A stretch of 28,637 bases of DNA from Neocallimastix sp. 'constans' (GCA_050613775.1 JBODTK010000158.1:372001-400637); one strand, 5' to 3'; numbered from the stretch's first letter, positions 9,701-19,585 are shown. The notes: generated from the letters alone by a model not told the origin. Program-made: numbers and translations.

Positions 9701-11523
9701 TTATTTAAATTATTATCTTCATCATTACATTTTTCAATTACATTTAATTTCTTACATTTACTAGATTCACAAATTTTCTTTAAAATCCTTAAACTATTAG
9801 TACTAATTTTACTATCACAATTCATAACAATAATATCATCACTATCGCTAAAGTTATCACTATCACTAATGCTATCACTAAAATTATCTAACATAAAAGT
9901 ATCATTAATATCACTATCACTATCATAATTATTAAATTCAGAGCAAGTTCTAATACGAGTTCGGCGGCCACGAATAGAAATTTCTTCTTCTGAGTCAGAG
10001 TCGGAATCAGAGTCAAAGAGAGGTTTTCTTTTTCTTGATTCTTCAATAATAACTTTGTTTTCTTCTAGGTTGGTAGCAGGTTCTTTTCCTTTGTTCCTTT
10101 TCTTGTTCTTGTTTTTCCTTTTTCTTTTACCATTGTTACAATGTCTTGCACAGAAACCGGATCCGAAAGAAATCTTCTTTGCGTCATGGTAGTTGTAGGG
10201 GGAGTGCTTATTGATCCATGGTAAACCCAAGATAATATCAACATCAGGAATCCTGAGAACATAGAGTTGAATCGTTTCCAAGTGGTTCCTTAAACGAAGA
10301 ACGCATTTCTCAGTTTCCTTTTTTACTGATGAAACACCATATCCAAGACCAGTAACACGGAAAGGTTCTTCGATTTCTTTTGTTTTAATTCCAAAGGCTT
10401 TAGCGAATTCAGGATGGATAAAATTAAGATCAGAACCAGAATCGATCAGAACTCTTGCTTTTACTTCTTCTATATCGTTTGTTTTAATATAGAAATCAAT
10501 GATATTACTTTTCTTTGTCAAAAGTGAGTTTTGTTCTTCCACGATTTTTCTAACTTTGACAATATCTTCTTGGCTGTTGATTCTTCTAATTCTTCTTAAA
10601 CTACTTGAGGGTGTGGTAGCGGTGTTTTCTTGTTTACTGATAATCTTGACTCCGGCAGGTTTCTTCTTATTTGGACAGTTAAAATAGCGATGACCTGGTT
10701 TTTTACAATAATAGCACAATCCTTTCCTTCTTTCTTCATCTCTTGAATTCGAGTTTTCTTGATATAATTTCTGGTTAGAAGGGAAGTAACTTGTATTCGT
10801 TTGTCCTCTCTTAATTCTGTATAAATCTATTTCCATTGGGTCACTAGTAGACGCATGATTATTATTATTTATTTCCTTACGATGGTAATAATTATGATAG
10901 AAAAATTCATTTATTTCATGTCTCTTAGTTAAGCTTTCGATACTAAGGACATCAGTGAAAAGTCTTCTTAAGTTGTTGGGATTTGGATTTACCACTGCAA
11001 GGTGCTCCCTCATCTTGTAGTGAAGTCCTTTTACAAACATATAAATCTTAGCAGAATCGTTAAAATCTGAATGTCTGCTGATTTTATTAAATTCATTTAT
11101 ATACTCACTAACATGACCAAATTTATGTTGTCGGATGCTGCATAATTTACCGTTTGCGACAACTGTGCTCATGTCCTGCTCTCCAAATTGATTTCTTAAT
11201 TCTTGAATAAAATCTTCATAAACATTGAGCAGGAGATCATTATTTCTTCGCAAGTTTGAGGCCCATATCAAGGGATCACCGACAAGATAAGAAATTATAA
11301 ATCTGACCTTTGTATGGTCGTTATTAAAACCTTGTGGATTGGCTTCCATAGCTATTTCAGCTCTTGTAAGGAAGCCATCAAAGTCCTTCTTGATTCCAGA
11401 AAATAGCGGTGGTTCGTTAACAATCTTTTGATTGTTACGGGGCAGAACTTGATGATTCTCTTGATTCATTTCTTGCAGGTTAAGGTCTTCGAATCTTCTT
11501 ATTAGGTTGTTAAATCCCTCCAA
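6703..11523 (-). CDS. gag-pol: Single-ORF Gag-Pol polyprotein: Gag-CCHC, protease, RT, RNase H, integrase, GPY/F, chromodomain (first ATG at 11469; 11523 is a TTG)
   Basis: CYYCKKPGHRYFNC; VLIDSGSDLNFI..DIILGLPW; YIDDILIYS; TDASNFAVGAIL; HHDSISAGHFG..CEIC; SMDFI/SDRG/TERVN; GPF; RYLIKWKGCDFSENTW. Domain order PR-RT-RH-IN is gypsy-type. Confidence 0.97.
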   Translation of the reverse strand: MEGFNNLIRRFEDLNLQEMNQENHQVLPRNNQKIVNEPPLFSGIKKDFDGFLTRAEIAMEANPQGFNNDHTKVRFIISYLVGDPLIWASNLRRNNDLLLNVYEDFIQELRNQFGEQDMSTVVANGKLCSIRQHKFGHVSEYINEFNKISRHSDFNDSAKIYMFVKGLHYKMREHLAVVNPNPNNLRRLFTDVLSIESLTKRHEINEFFYHNYYHRKEINNNNHASTSDPMEIDLYRIKRGQTNTSYFPSNQKLYQENSNSRDEERRKGLCYYCKKPGHRYFNCPNKKKPAGVKIISKQENTATTPSSSLRRIRRINSQEDIVKVRKIVEEQNSLLTKKSNIIDFYIKTNDIEEVKARVLIDSGSDLNFIHPEFAKAFGIKTKEIEEPFRVTGLGYGVSSVKKETEKCVLRLRNHLETIQLYVLRIPDVDIILGLPWINKHSPYNYHDAKKISFGSGFCARHCNNGKRKRKNKNKKRNKGKEPATNLEENKVIIEESRKRKPLFDSDSDSDSEEEISIRGRRTRIRTCSEFNNYDSDSDINDTFMLDNFSDSISDSDNFSDSDDIIVMNCDSKISTNSLRILKKICESSKCKKLNVIEKCNDEDNNLNKDGEKVEVPEIYLMFKEVFNENNCNVLPPHRNYDCEIKLKDNCSLFYGPLYPLTETEREELKKYLEENLKKGFIRKSSSPAGAPILFVRKKDGTYRLVIDYRKLNEMTIRNSYPLPLISELLDRVKGAKYFTKLDLKSAYNLVRIKEGDEYKTAFRTRYGHFEYLVMPFGLKNAPATFQHFINDVLSDYLDDFVISYIDDILIYSNTLEEHHVHVKKVLRKLLENHLVVKLEKCEFDVTETTFLGYVLSRDGIKMDKEKVKAILDWPVPTNVKEIQSFIGLCNYYRIFIKDFAKIANPLHKLTRKNVPFNWSSEQQKAFDTLKELFTTAPILKHPDSNKQFIVETDASNFAVGAILSQEFDGHLHPIAFISTSLTKSQRNYPIYDKELLAIKVALEGWRHYLEGARHQFIIYTDHKNLTFPRKPELLSQRQIRWYEFLSRFDFKLIYRAGKKSGKPDILSRRSDHLFASVRPISCVINSCSFKNDSLISSIHDSLANDEFYCKITEFLKNDKSKDPPFSKIDKFSLDKNGYLLFENLIYVPNKIRIRVLELHHDSISAGHFGINKTIELISRNFWWPKLQKDVKMFIKSCEICSKSKIPRHKPYGLLSPLSTPNRAWSAISMDFIVELPKSKDMTTIMVVVDRLTKMAHFIPFRCLPTASIAADSFIANIFKLHGFPDSIISDRGSQFTSDFWNRLCSLLNIKHSFSTAYHPQTDGQTERVNSILEQYLRCFINEKQNNWLDLLPFAEFSYNNTLQQSINQSPFFANYGFNPKFNPEIPSNENPHRAEKRILNINENIKFIKENLEQAKKTYKKYADLKRMDSPDFKVGNKVYLLKGNTTKKNRKLSDQLIGPFEIIRKVSDLAYELKLPNNMRCHPVFHVSLLEPYHENEFSNRRNTRRRNINLNTDTIDRTPERIIKMKTFNNKNRYLIKWKGCDFSENTWIDEDQILDRQLIQEYYRKEKKNKSSNVNNEFCQPPDDANEYYVRHKYQPFVIDLPS

Positions 11524-11730
11524 TTTGATTATTTTAAATTGACTTAAATTTTTGCAATTTCTTTAACAAAAATATCAAACAAATAAATATTTCAAACTAT
11601 AACGTTTTTTCATCTAGTCGATCTAGCTCTATCCTTTGAAGCGGTGCTGTCGAGTAAACGTAACGTTATAAATTAAAATATTAAAGGTTTATGGTTTTTC
11701 GAATCTTGTTCTAAGACGTGTAATTGTAAT

Positions 11731-11810
11731 TTCGGTAGCAATATTATAGAGCTGGTGGCAATATTCTGAAACTGGTAGCAATAATCTAAAACTGGTAAAA
11801 AAATATTTTG
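11731..11810. repeat. Degenerate 20-bp tandem repeat (~4 copies) in element A 5' leader
   Basis: ttcggtagcaatattataga / gctggtggcaatattctgaa / actggtagcaataatctaaa / actggtaaaaaaatattttg. Confidence 0.8.
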
Positions 11811-11890
11811 AATCAAGCCACACACAAGCCACTGTTAACGTATCACGTGTTATAATCTTGACTTATAACGTATTTTATTGAGAGAAAAAG

Positions 11891-11901
11891 GTAATTGTTA
11901 T
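11891..11901 (-). promoter_or_regulatory. Self-priming primer binding site (ATAACAATTAC)
   Basis: Abuts the 5' LTR, lacks tRNA-type TGG, and is the exact complement of LTR-internal GTAATTGTTAT (minus strand 12064-12054). Confidence 0.8.
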
Positions 11902-12675
11902 TATAAAGTTTTGATTTAAAAAATAGATTATAAGTCAAAAATTATAATAACACTAAATAACACAAAAATGTTTTATAAACAAATAAGTTTTATTATATTT
12001 AGATTTCAAAATAATCTTTATTAATTATTAGTGTTATTAACAATAAATCGTTAATAACAATTACATCGATTAAAATACATGAAATTTGGTTAACTATTTA
12101 TATTTTTATCTTATTACATTTATAATATATAATTCCTATTGAATTATATTATCTAACTATTTATTTAAAAACAATACTAACCTAAACTAATAATAAATAA
12201 TTAACTATTACTAAATAAAGAGAATTGTAATTAATAACTAAAATAAATATAAACAATTTCAATCGAGCTCATTTATTATTTATTTATTATTTAAATATTA
12301 TTAATAAATTCTTATTATATTTTCTATTTAAAATTAATATAAAAGTTGTCATAATTATTTAATATGATTTTAGCATAAAATGCCGCAAGTTTCAACATGA
12401 CTAATTGCATAGTTTCATGTTGTTAATTTATCTTGTAAAAAAACCTTAACTCTTATTATTTAAATTAAATTACATAAAAAGAAATGATTTTCAATTACTA
12501 GTTTCACAAGAGAAATTTTTAATTTATTAATATGATTGGGAAGAAGTCGAAGTTTTGTTTAAAATTATTTGCAATAATTTTATACACGTGATTTTTAATA
12601 GATTTATTTCAATTTTACTTAAATTTATGATTAAATTTAATTAAAATTTATAAAGATATTAATAATATCTTTACA
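11902..12675 (-). repeat. 5' LTR of element A
   Basis: Identical by eye to 5892-6665; followed on the + strand by TSD GGTTT. Confidence 0.97.
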
Positions 12676-12771
12676 GGTTTATTGATATTGATATTGATAA
12701 AATAAATTTGATGTTAATAAATATAAGTTTGAAATATAATTAGTATTATAGATTCATTTTCTAAATATAGT

Positions 12772-13105
12772 TTATTTGTTTGATTTATTAAATTTTTTTA
12801 GTATTTCTGGGCAGTTGAGGTTTTCTTCTGGTTCCCAAGATGCTTCAGATAAGTGATATCCTTTCCACGTAATAAGATATTGAATCTTTCCATAATGTTT
12901 TCTTTTATCAAGTATTTATTCTATTTCATACTCTTCTTCATTATTAACTATGATTGGAGGTGGTGGTTCCTTTTTTCTTTTAAAATTTTCTTTGTAGTAT
13001 GGCTCAAGTTCTGATACATGGATAATTGGGTGTATTCGTATATTTTTTGGAAAATCAATTTTGTATATTACTGGAGAAACTTTTTCAATTATTTTATAAG
13101 GTCTG
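12772..13105 (-). pseudogene. Element B integrase C-terminus (GPY/F region) + chromodomain with a premature stop
   Basis: PYKIIEKVSPVIYKIDFPKNIRIHPIIHVSELEPY...EEEYEIE*ILDKRKHYGKIQYLITWKGYHLSEASWEPEENLNCPEILKKF (reading through TAA at 12916-12918). Confidence 0.88.
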
Positions 13106-14171
13106 GATTTACAAAAAATGCTATATCTTGTTTTGTTTTTGTTGATACATATAAAAGGGAATCTAATTAATTTCTTATAATTAGTTTTGTTAATTTTTCC
13201 AGAGTTTTTTCTTCTTCTAATTTTTGCATTAATACATGTTGTTTTAGTTATTTTAGTGTTGTTTATATTATAGTTAGCTAATATTTTTTTTTCAATATAA
13301 TTCTCCTGATTATTTTGTAGCACTTAATTTGTTTTAATTATATTAATTCCAATGATTTTATTTTCTCTTTTGCTTGTGGAAACTTCGTATTTATACTTTA
13401 TCTTTGTAACAACTGTGGCAATTTTTTTATTCTTTCCCTCAATTAATATATCATCAATATAAAGTGTTAGTAATATGCATAATTTATTATTATTATATTT
13501 ACCAAATAAACAATTATCTGTATTATATTGAATTAAAACAATTTTCATAAAAAAATCGAAGATTTCGTAAAACTATTGTCTTCAAGCTTGTTTGAGTCCA
13601 GAGAGAGCCTTTTGTAGTAATCTAGATTTTCCGAATTTTAAGTTTTTATCACGGAATGGAATTTGAACATATTTTTTTTTTCATTTAGATTAGCAACTTT
13701 AATATTAATTTGTCTTAAATCCAATTTATATATCGATAAAAGAACAATTGTTAGCCCTAAACTATTCATTTCTATTGTAGGGGAATAGGTACGATGTATA
13801 ATCAATTCCCGTCATTAGATGTTTCCCTCTAATGACCAATATTTAGTAGTAAAAACCCATTTAACATTGAGTGGTTTAATATCTTTTAGAATATTTTTAT
13901 ATTCCATAATTTTTATAATATTATTTCCATATAAATTTTGTAATTTTTTGGTTATTGCATTTTTTTTTCATTTGTCCATGTTTTAAGAATTCAAAGCTAT
14001 TTAAAAGTCTTTGAAATTATTGTATAATTATTATTAATTCTATTTCTTTTAAGGCTTTCAATTTTCATCATCTGGATCTGTTTTCCTCTTGAAATATGAT
14101 TTATTTAATTTAAGTACTCTATCCTTCTTCATTGTCCTTTCTTCATTTGATTGATAGTTTTTTTTTTCTTT

Positions 14172-14205
<34 letters not shown>

Positions 14206-17017
14206 TAATTTTGTAATTTTTGTTAAATTCAATTTTATTATTTCTATTATTTATGGAATTTTAATATTCCTTAATTTTATCTTTATTAATTTTTTTTGTT
14301 TATTTTTTTTGAATTATTGTCTAACATATTTCCATTATTGTATTCATCCATAAAATTTGTATTATCTTCAAGATTAATTTTGTTTTGATTTTGTTTGCTT
14401 GCATTGATTTCAAATTAATTATGATAAATGGATTGACTAAATTAATGTTGTAAGTACTGTTCCTCTCTCAATTTTATTTATTTGAAGGATTTTAAGAGTG
14501 ATAAAATGATGTACCTAGTGAGCCTAATGAACTTTCATTGAAGTATACAGTGGATTATTATTATTAATTTTGAAGTAATGTCGAGAAAACGATAACCAGA
14601 AGAGTTGGAAGAATATCCTAAGAAGAAAATACCTGGTTTTGTATTATTTTCAAAAATTTCCCTGTTTGTATCTCTCAAAAAAAAATACTTTGCATCCAAA
14701 ATCTTTTTGTTTGAATATATCAAATTTTTTATTGAAAAATACTTTGTTAGGAATTTTAAAATTAATTCCCTGATATGGTTTTAAATTGTACAACGTATAA
14801 GCATATTTAATAGTTTCATTCCACAAGATAAGAGATAATTTAGCAACACCGAGTAATGTTTTTGCGCAGTTATCTAATGTATGATTACCTGGTGTAAAAT
14901 AATTAAATGTAATTCTATTATTTTTTGAGATAATTTATAAAAATAGAGTTATTTCATTTTATACTATTATCAGATTTAATTCCTTTATGTTGTAATTACA
15001 ATTAGTTTTCATAAGTTTATGAAATTCAATAAATTTCTGTACTACCTTAGATTTATGTTTGATTAAAAAAATCCAACATTTTCTACTGTAATCATTAATA
15101 AATGTTATATAATATTTGTATCAATTAAATGATGGCATAGGTTTAAGTGGTACAACGATGTCAGTATTGATAATGTACTCTTGTTGTTTATTTCATTGAA
15201 TGTTTTTTTTTCTTGAATTTACTAATACTGTAATCTTTATAATTTATAATATCTTTTTTTTTTTTTTTTTTTTTTTTTTTCCCTTAATATTGTTGTTTTC
15301 TAAAAAAATTTTTTTGAAGATTTTGATTGTAATAATGACCTAATCTCTAGTATGCCATAATTTTAGATCAATATTATTCATATTATAATTTATATATTTT
15401 ATTGGACTTGTATTTAACATAAAAAGGTTTTCATCAAATTGCACAGATAGTAGTAATTGATTTATTATTTTTAAATATTTATTTGGAGTCTTTCTTTATT
15501 GTTGAACATTTTCAATGCTAATTTAAAGCCCTTTTTACATTGGTAATGAGCGGAAATTTAATTATTTTGTATCTTCGGAGTATAAACCACTTCTCCAATA
15601 GAAAAGTTATTATTTTTATATATTCTTTTGTAAATACCCTTTTTGAAAATTCTATCAGATTGTCCATTTAGGTATGTAATCCTTCTTTTAGAAACCTTTT
15701 CAATGTTTGATAGTATGCTCCTAGGAGTTATTGAATTGTTATTATTGTTTTCTATCAAATTAGTTGTTATATTGAAACAGAAGTCTAATGATGAATTTGA
15801 ATATGAATCTGAATTATTTTTGTTCTTCATAATTAAAGACATAAGATTTTAACTTTCTTTTACTACCTTTCCTACTTGAAGATGTTCTTTTATTTTTATT
15901 TTTATTTTTATTTTATTTTTATTTTTGTTTCTTGATTTATTATTATTATTTTTATTTTCTCTCCTATAATTACTTTTTTGTGAATTTGATATGTTGAAAA
16001 AAAAAACATTTATCAGTAGTATGCTCATTTTTATGGCAATAGTAGCAGTACTCTTTAGAATTTGTTTTTTTTTATTAATATTATGAGGAAGTTTCCTATT
16101 TCCGACTCTGTTAATTTGGTCTTCGTTTTGATAAACATCTAGATGATATCTACCCTTTTAATATTTTTGTCTCTCCTGATTATGATACTTATTTTTAATA
16201 TGTCTTCTTTTAAATCCTTAAATGCCTTTTCAATATATCAAAATATGTATAAATATACAATTCCCACTTTATTTAATTCCTTTAAAGAATATTAAACTTT
16301 TGTTTCTTCACTCAGTTCTTTTTTTTTTTATTCTGTAATTTTGATTTATTATTATTTTCTGTAAATGATGAGTTAAGATTATCTAAATACAGATTACTGT
16401 CATATTTTTCAACTTTTAATTTCTTTATTTTCATTTCGATTTCAAATTGTTCGGATGGGACTACTTCTGAAAATCTTTCTTTTAATTCATTTATTTATCT
16501 TTAAATATGCACTTGTTCAATTATTTAAAAGAATTTTTGTATTTTCGTCGAAGCTGTTCAATATTATAATCCTGACGGTACCATCGTTCTGTAAGTATTT
16601 TTTATTGATGTTTATATTTCTAATATTCTTTGATAGATAATCACCTAATCCGTATCAAGGAATAATTTCAAATTTGAATACAATTTGTGTAAAGTTTTCA
16701 TTTCAATTTTAAAGTATTTTGAATATGAAATTATTTTAATTGCATTTGTTTGGATATTTGGAGGTTCAATTTCAACAGGAATATCATTCATTGTTGTACT
16801 TGATGTATTTGTTGCATTTGTTGTCTTTGCTACATTTGCTGTATTTGTTGAAGTTTTTGAAGAACTACATGTAATTATTGATTTTTCTAATTTAGTCATT
16901 TAAATGTAACTGTTAATTTTCCTTATTTTTAATATATAATAAACGTTTAATATTTAATTTATAGAATTTTGATATTTACAATTGTTAATGAATTTTTGGG
17001 TCAGCGAGACTCTTAAT
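13106..17017 (-). mobile_element. Heavily decayed Ty1/copia retrotransposon (gag-PR-IN-RT order), RNase H/3' LTR missing
   Basis: Fragments in copia order: gag start ORF 16645-16899; CYYCHKNEHTTDKC (16006-16047); PR-like GEVVYTPKIQNN*IS; LWHT/RLGH (~15335-15360); KYYITFINDYSRKCWIFLIKHKS; KPGIFFLGYSSNSSGYRFLD; KPLNVKWVF; LQKALSGLKQA; LYIDDILI; SLLYVSTKTKQDIAFFVN. Confidence 0.88.
17006..17017 (-). promoter_or_regulatory. Candidate half-tRNA-Lys(CUU) primer binding site of the copia element (ATTAAGAGTCTC)
   Basis: Complement GAGACTCTTAAT matches the anticodon arm of eukaryotic tRNA-Lys(CUU) as I recall it; ~107 nt upstream of the gag ATG. Confidence 0.5.
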
Positions 17018-18116
17018 ATATTAAATATAACACTTAAAATTAGAAATGATATTTATATTTTTTTTTTTTTTTTTTTTTTTTTAACAAGAAATGCCTGTTC
17101 ATTTAAGAATATGTCATTACATGTTATTTATAATCGTTTTTCTATAATAATTTAACATTATTGGTAGCATTTAAAGTTACAGTGCATAATACTATCAAAT
17201 AAAAATATTATACATTTAATAATGTAGTACAATGTACAATATAATTAAAATATAAGATATTTAACATAAATCATACTAACAAAGTTTAGCTATATAAATG
17301 ACTATATTACAGATATATTTATTAGTTACTTAGTATAATTCTATAATACATATAATCTAAATAATACTATATTAAGTGTCAAACTTTGATACAATATATC
17401 TATATAAAGAATATATACAAATAATATTAATAATTAACAAAATTACAAAATAAATATAAAAATAGAAACAATTAGATATATATAATTATATAAGTAACAA
17501 ATAGAATTCATTACTAGATATAATTATATTTTAATTATTATATATGTTTCTATTTAACATCAATACTATTAACATAATATCAATAGTTTGTAGATGAATA
17601 AACGTCATCTATTTACATATAAATCATGATTATATTTAATTATTTTATTGTATCTATCATCATGAAGGTTTGTATTATAATTATATTAAATTAGTTATTA
17701 TCTAAACTCATTTCATGATAGGTTTAATAATACTATTATTGTTAGAATACATACATTTTACATTAGGAATTACCATTCTGTTATATTTCCTTTAAATATT
17801 TAGGATATTTTTTTTATATTTTAAATTATTTTGTATGGGATCTCTGATATATAGTCTTTTCTATCATTGATGTTAATATATATATACAAGTTAAAATAAT
17901 TACACTTTAAATAATATGAATTGTGGTTTAACAAAAATCATTATTTAATATGTAAATTGCTTAAATTTTATTATGTAATGTATATTATTAAATTGTATTT
18001 TGTATTTTCATGAGGTAGAAATAGTTTATCGCAAAGTAGATTCTATAATGTATTAAAAAGGTACATTATTAATAGACTAAAATTTTATTTGTTAAAAATA
18101 TCATATTATAATTTCA

Positions 18117-18128
18117 ATTAAGAGTCTC
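18117..18128 (+). promoter_or_regulatory. Second copy of ATTAAGAGTCTC, directly after TTTCA (possible LTR end + PBS of another copia remnant)
   Basis: Exact 12-mer in the opposite orientation to 17006-17017, preceded by CA. Confidence 0.35.
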
Positions 18129-18173
18129 TATAGGAGTATGAAGATATATATTTGTTTATATATATATATATAT

Positions 18174-18207
<34 letters not shown>

Positions 18208-19183
18208 TTTATTTTTTTATTTTTTTTTATTTTTTGAGTTTTATTTTACAAGAGTAATTCTTCAATAAAGTATTTTGTATTTATTTCTTTCTTAAGTATT
18301 TCTTCAATTTTGCAATCCTGATTATTTCATACGTTTTAATTTGTTTTATTAGTCTTCCTTAAATTGACATAATGATCAATTTTTATCATAATTTAAAATT
18401 TTCTTAAACATAATATTGTGTCTGGCAAGCGATTCGTTTGCTAAAAAAAATTTTTTAAGAGTCAAGAGTTTAGAGTTTATTAACATATATTTTATTATTA
18501 ATATATATGTATTAATAATAAAATAAATATTATTTTTCCATTTAGAACATAATAATATTTTAAATAATAACGTGAAATAAAAAGTAATATTCAAAATAAA
18601 TTGTATAAATAAATTCAGAAAAAAGTTCATATGCAACGAACCTCACCTCCAGATTATAAGATTTCGGTTAAGGGAATTCCTATATTCTTATTCAGGATTA
18701 GGGTTTGAATTAACAATTTGAAAGAAATTATGGTCTTCTCCTTCAGAGGTATTGGTCCTGCTAGCCTTTATTATTGCATTTTCAGCGTTAATGCTCCTGG
18801 TTAGTTTGCTCTTATACCGTCTGAATAACAATCCTTGTATGAATACTAGCTCTAAGCATAATTTCTGTAATGAGAGCCGCAAATTGCACCCAAGAATGTC
18901 AGTTTAATATAACCACCAAAAATGATTTGGTTATTAAACAAAACATCACATACATTCCTTTTTATAATTTTAAATCAATAATATCTGCATTTCTTCAAGC
19001 AAGAAGGAAGTTTTATAATCGGTACCACATCAAATATATATTTATATACTCATTATTCAGAAAATACTAATATTAACGCATCGATTAAATATACCTTATT
19101 CAAATGATTTAGAACTGAAACCTATCATATAGAGAATGAATAATAAATTTAGAAAAAGTTTTATGATGCAATTTCATTTTTTA

Positions 19184-19228
<45 letters not shown>

Positions 19229-19536
19229 ATTAAGATAATTCTTTAAGAATGTAAAATTGATATACTTTTTAAAGACATTTTCATTTTCTTTTAATCAAAA
19301 TTAAAAATTTTATATATATAACAATATATTTTAAATAATTTTTTTTCCAATAATGTAATATGGATAAATAAAATATCAAAACGATTTTTATTTAACACAC
19401 ATAATCATACTAATTTTTATAGTTTAATTATTATTTTTAATAATATACTTAATATTAAATTATTATTTATTTATTTATAATTATTATTTTATTTTATTTT
19501 ATTTTTTTTTGCTTATTCTTTTGATGTTTTTCGATT

Positions 19537-19585
<49 letters not shown>

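Larger units (their letters stand above)
5892..12675 (-). mobile_element. Intact chromodomain-bearing Ty3/gypsy LTR retrotransposon A (chromovirus, Tf1/sushi-like)
   Basis: Two 774-bp LTRs, 5-bp TSD GGTTT (5887-5891 and 12676-12680), single gag-pol ORF, PPT, PBS-position self-complementary motif. Confidence 0.97.

Noticed and set aside
6844..10687. Small ORFs inside gag-pol A (6844, 7796, 7800, 10065, 10499)
   Set aside because: Short antisense or alternate-frame shadows of the polyprotein.
11470..11523. TTG start of gag-pol
   Set aside because: ORF-finder alternative start; in a eukaryote the first ATG (11469) is the default, and non-AUG initiation cannot be shown from sequence.
14132..16903. 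Plus-strand ORFs 14132, 15643, 16455, 16685
   Set aside because: Antisense to copia remnants or poly-T derived.
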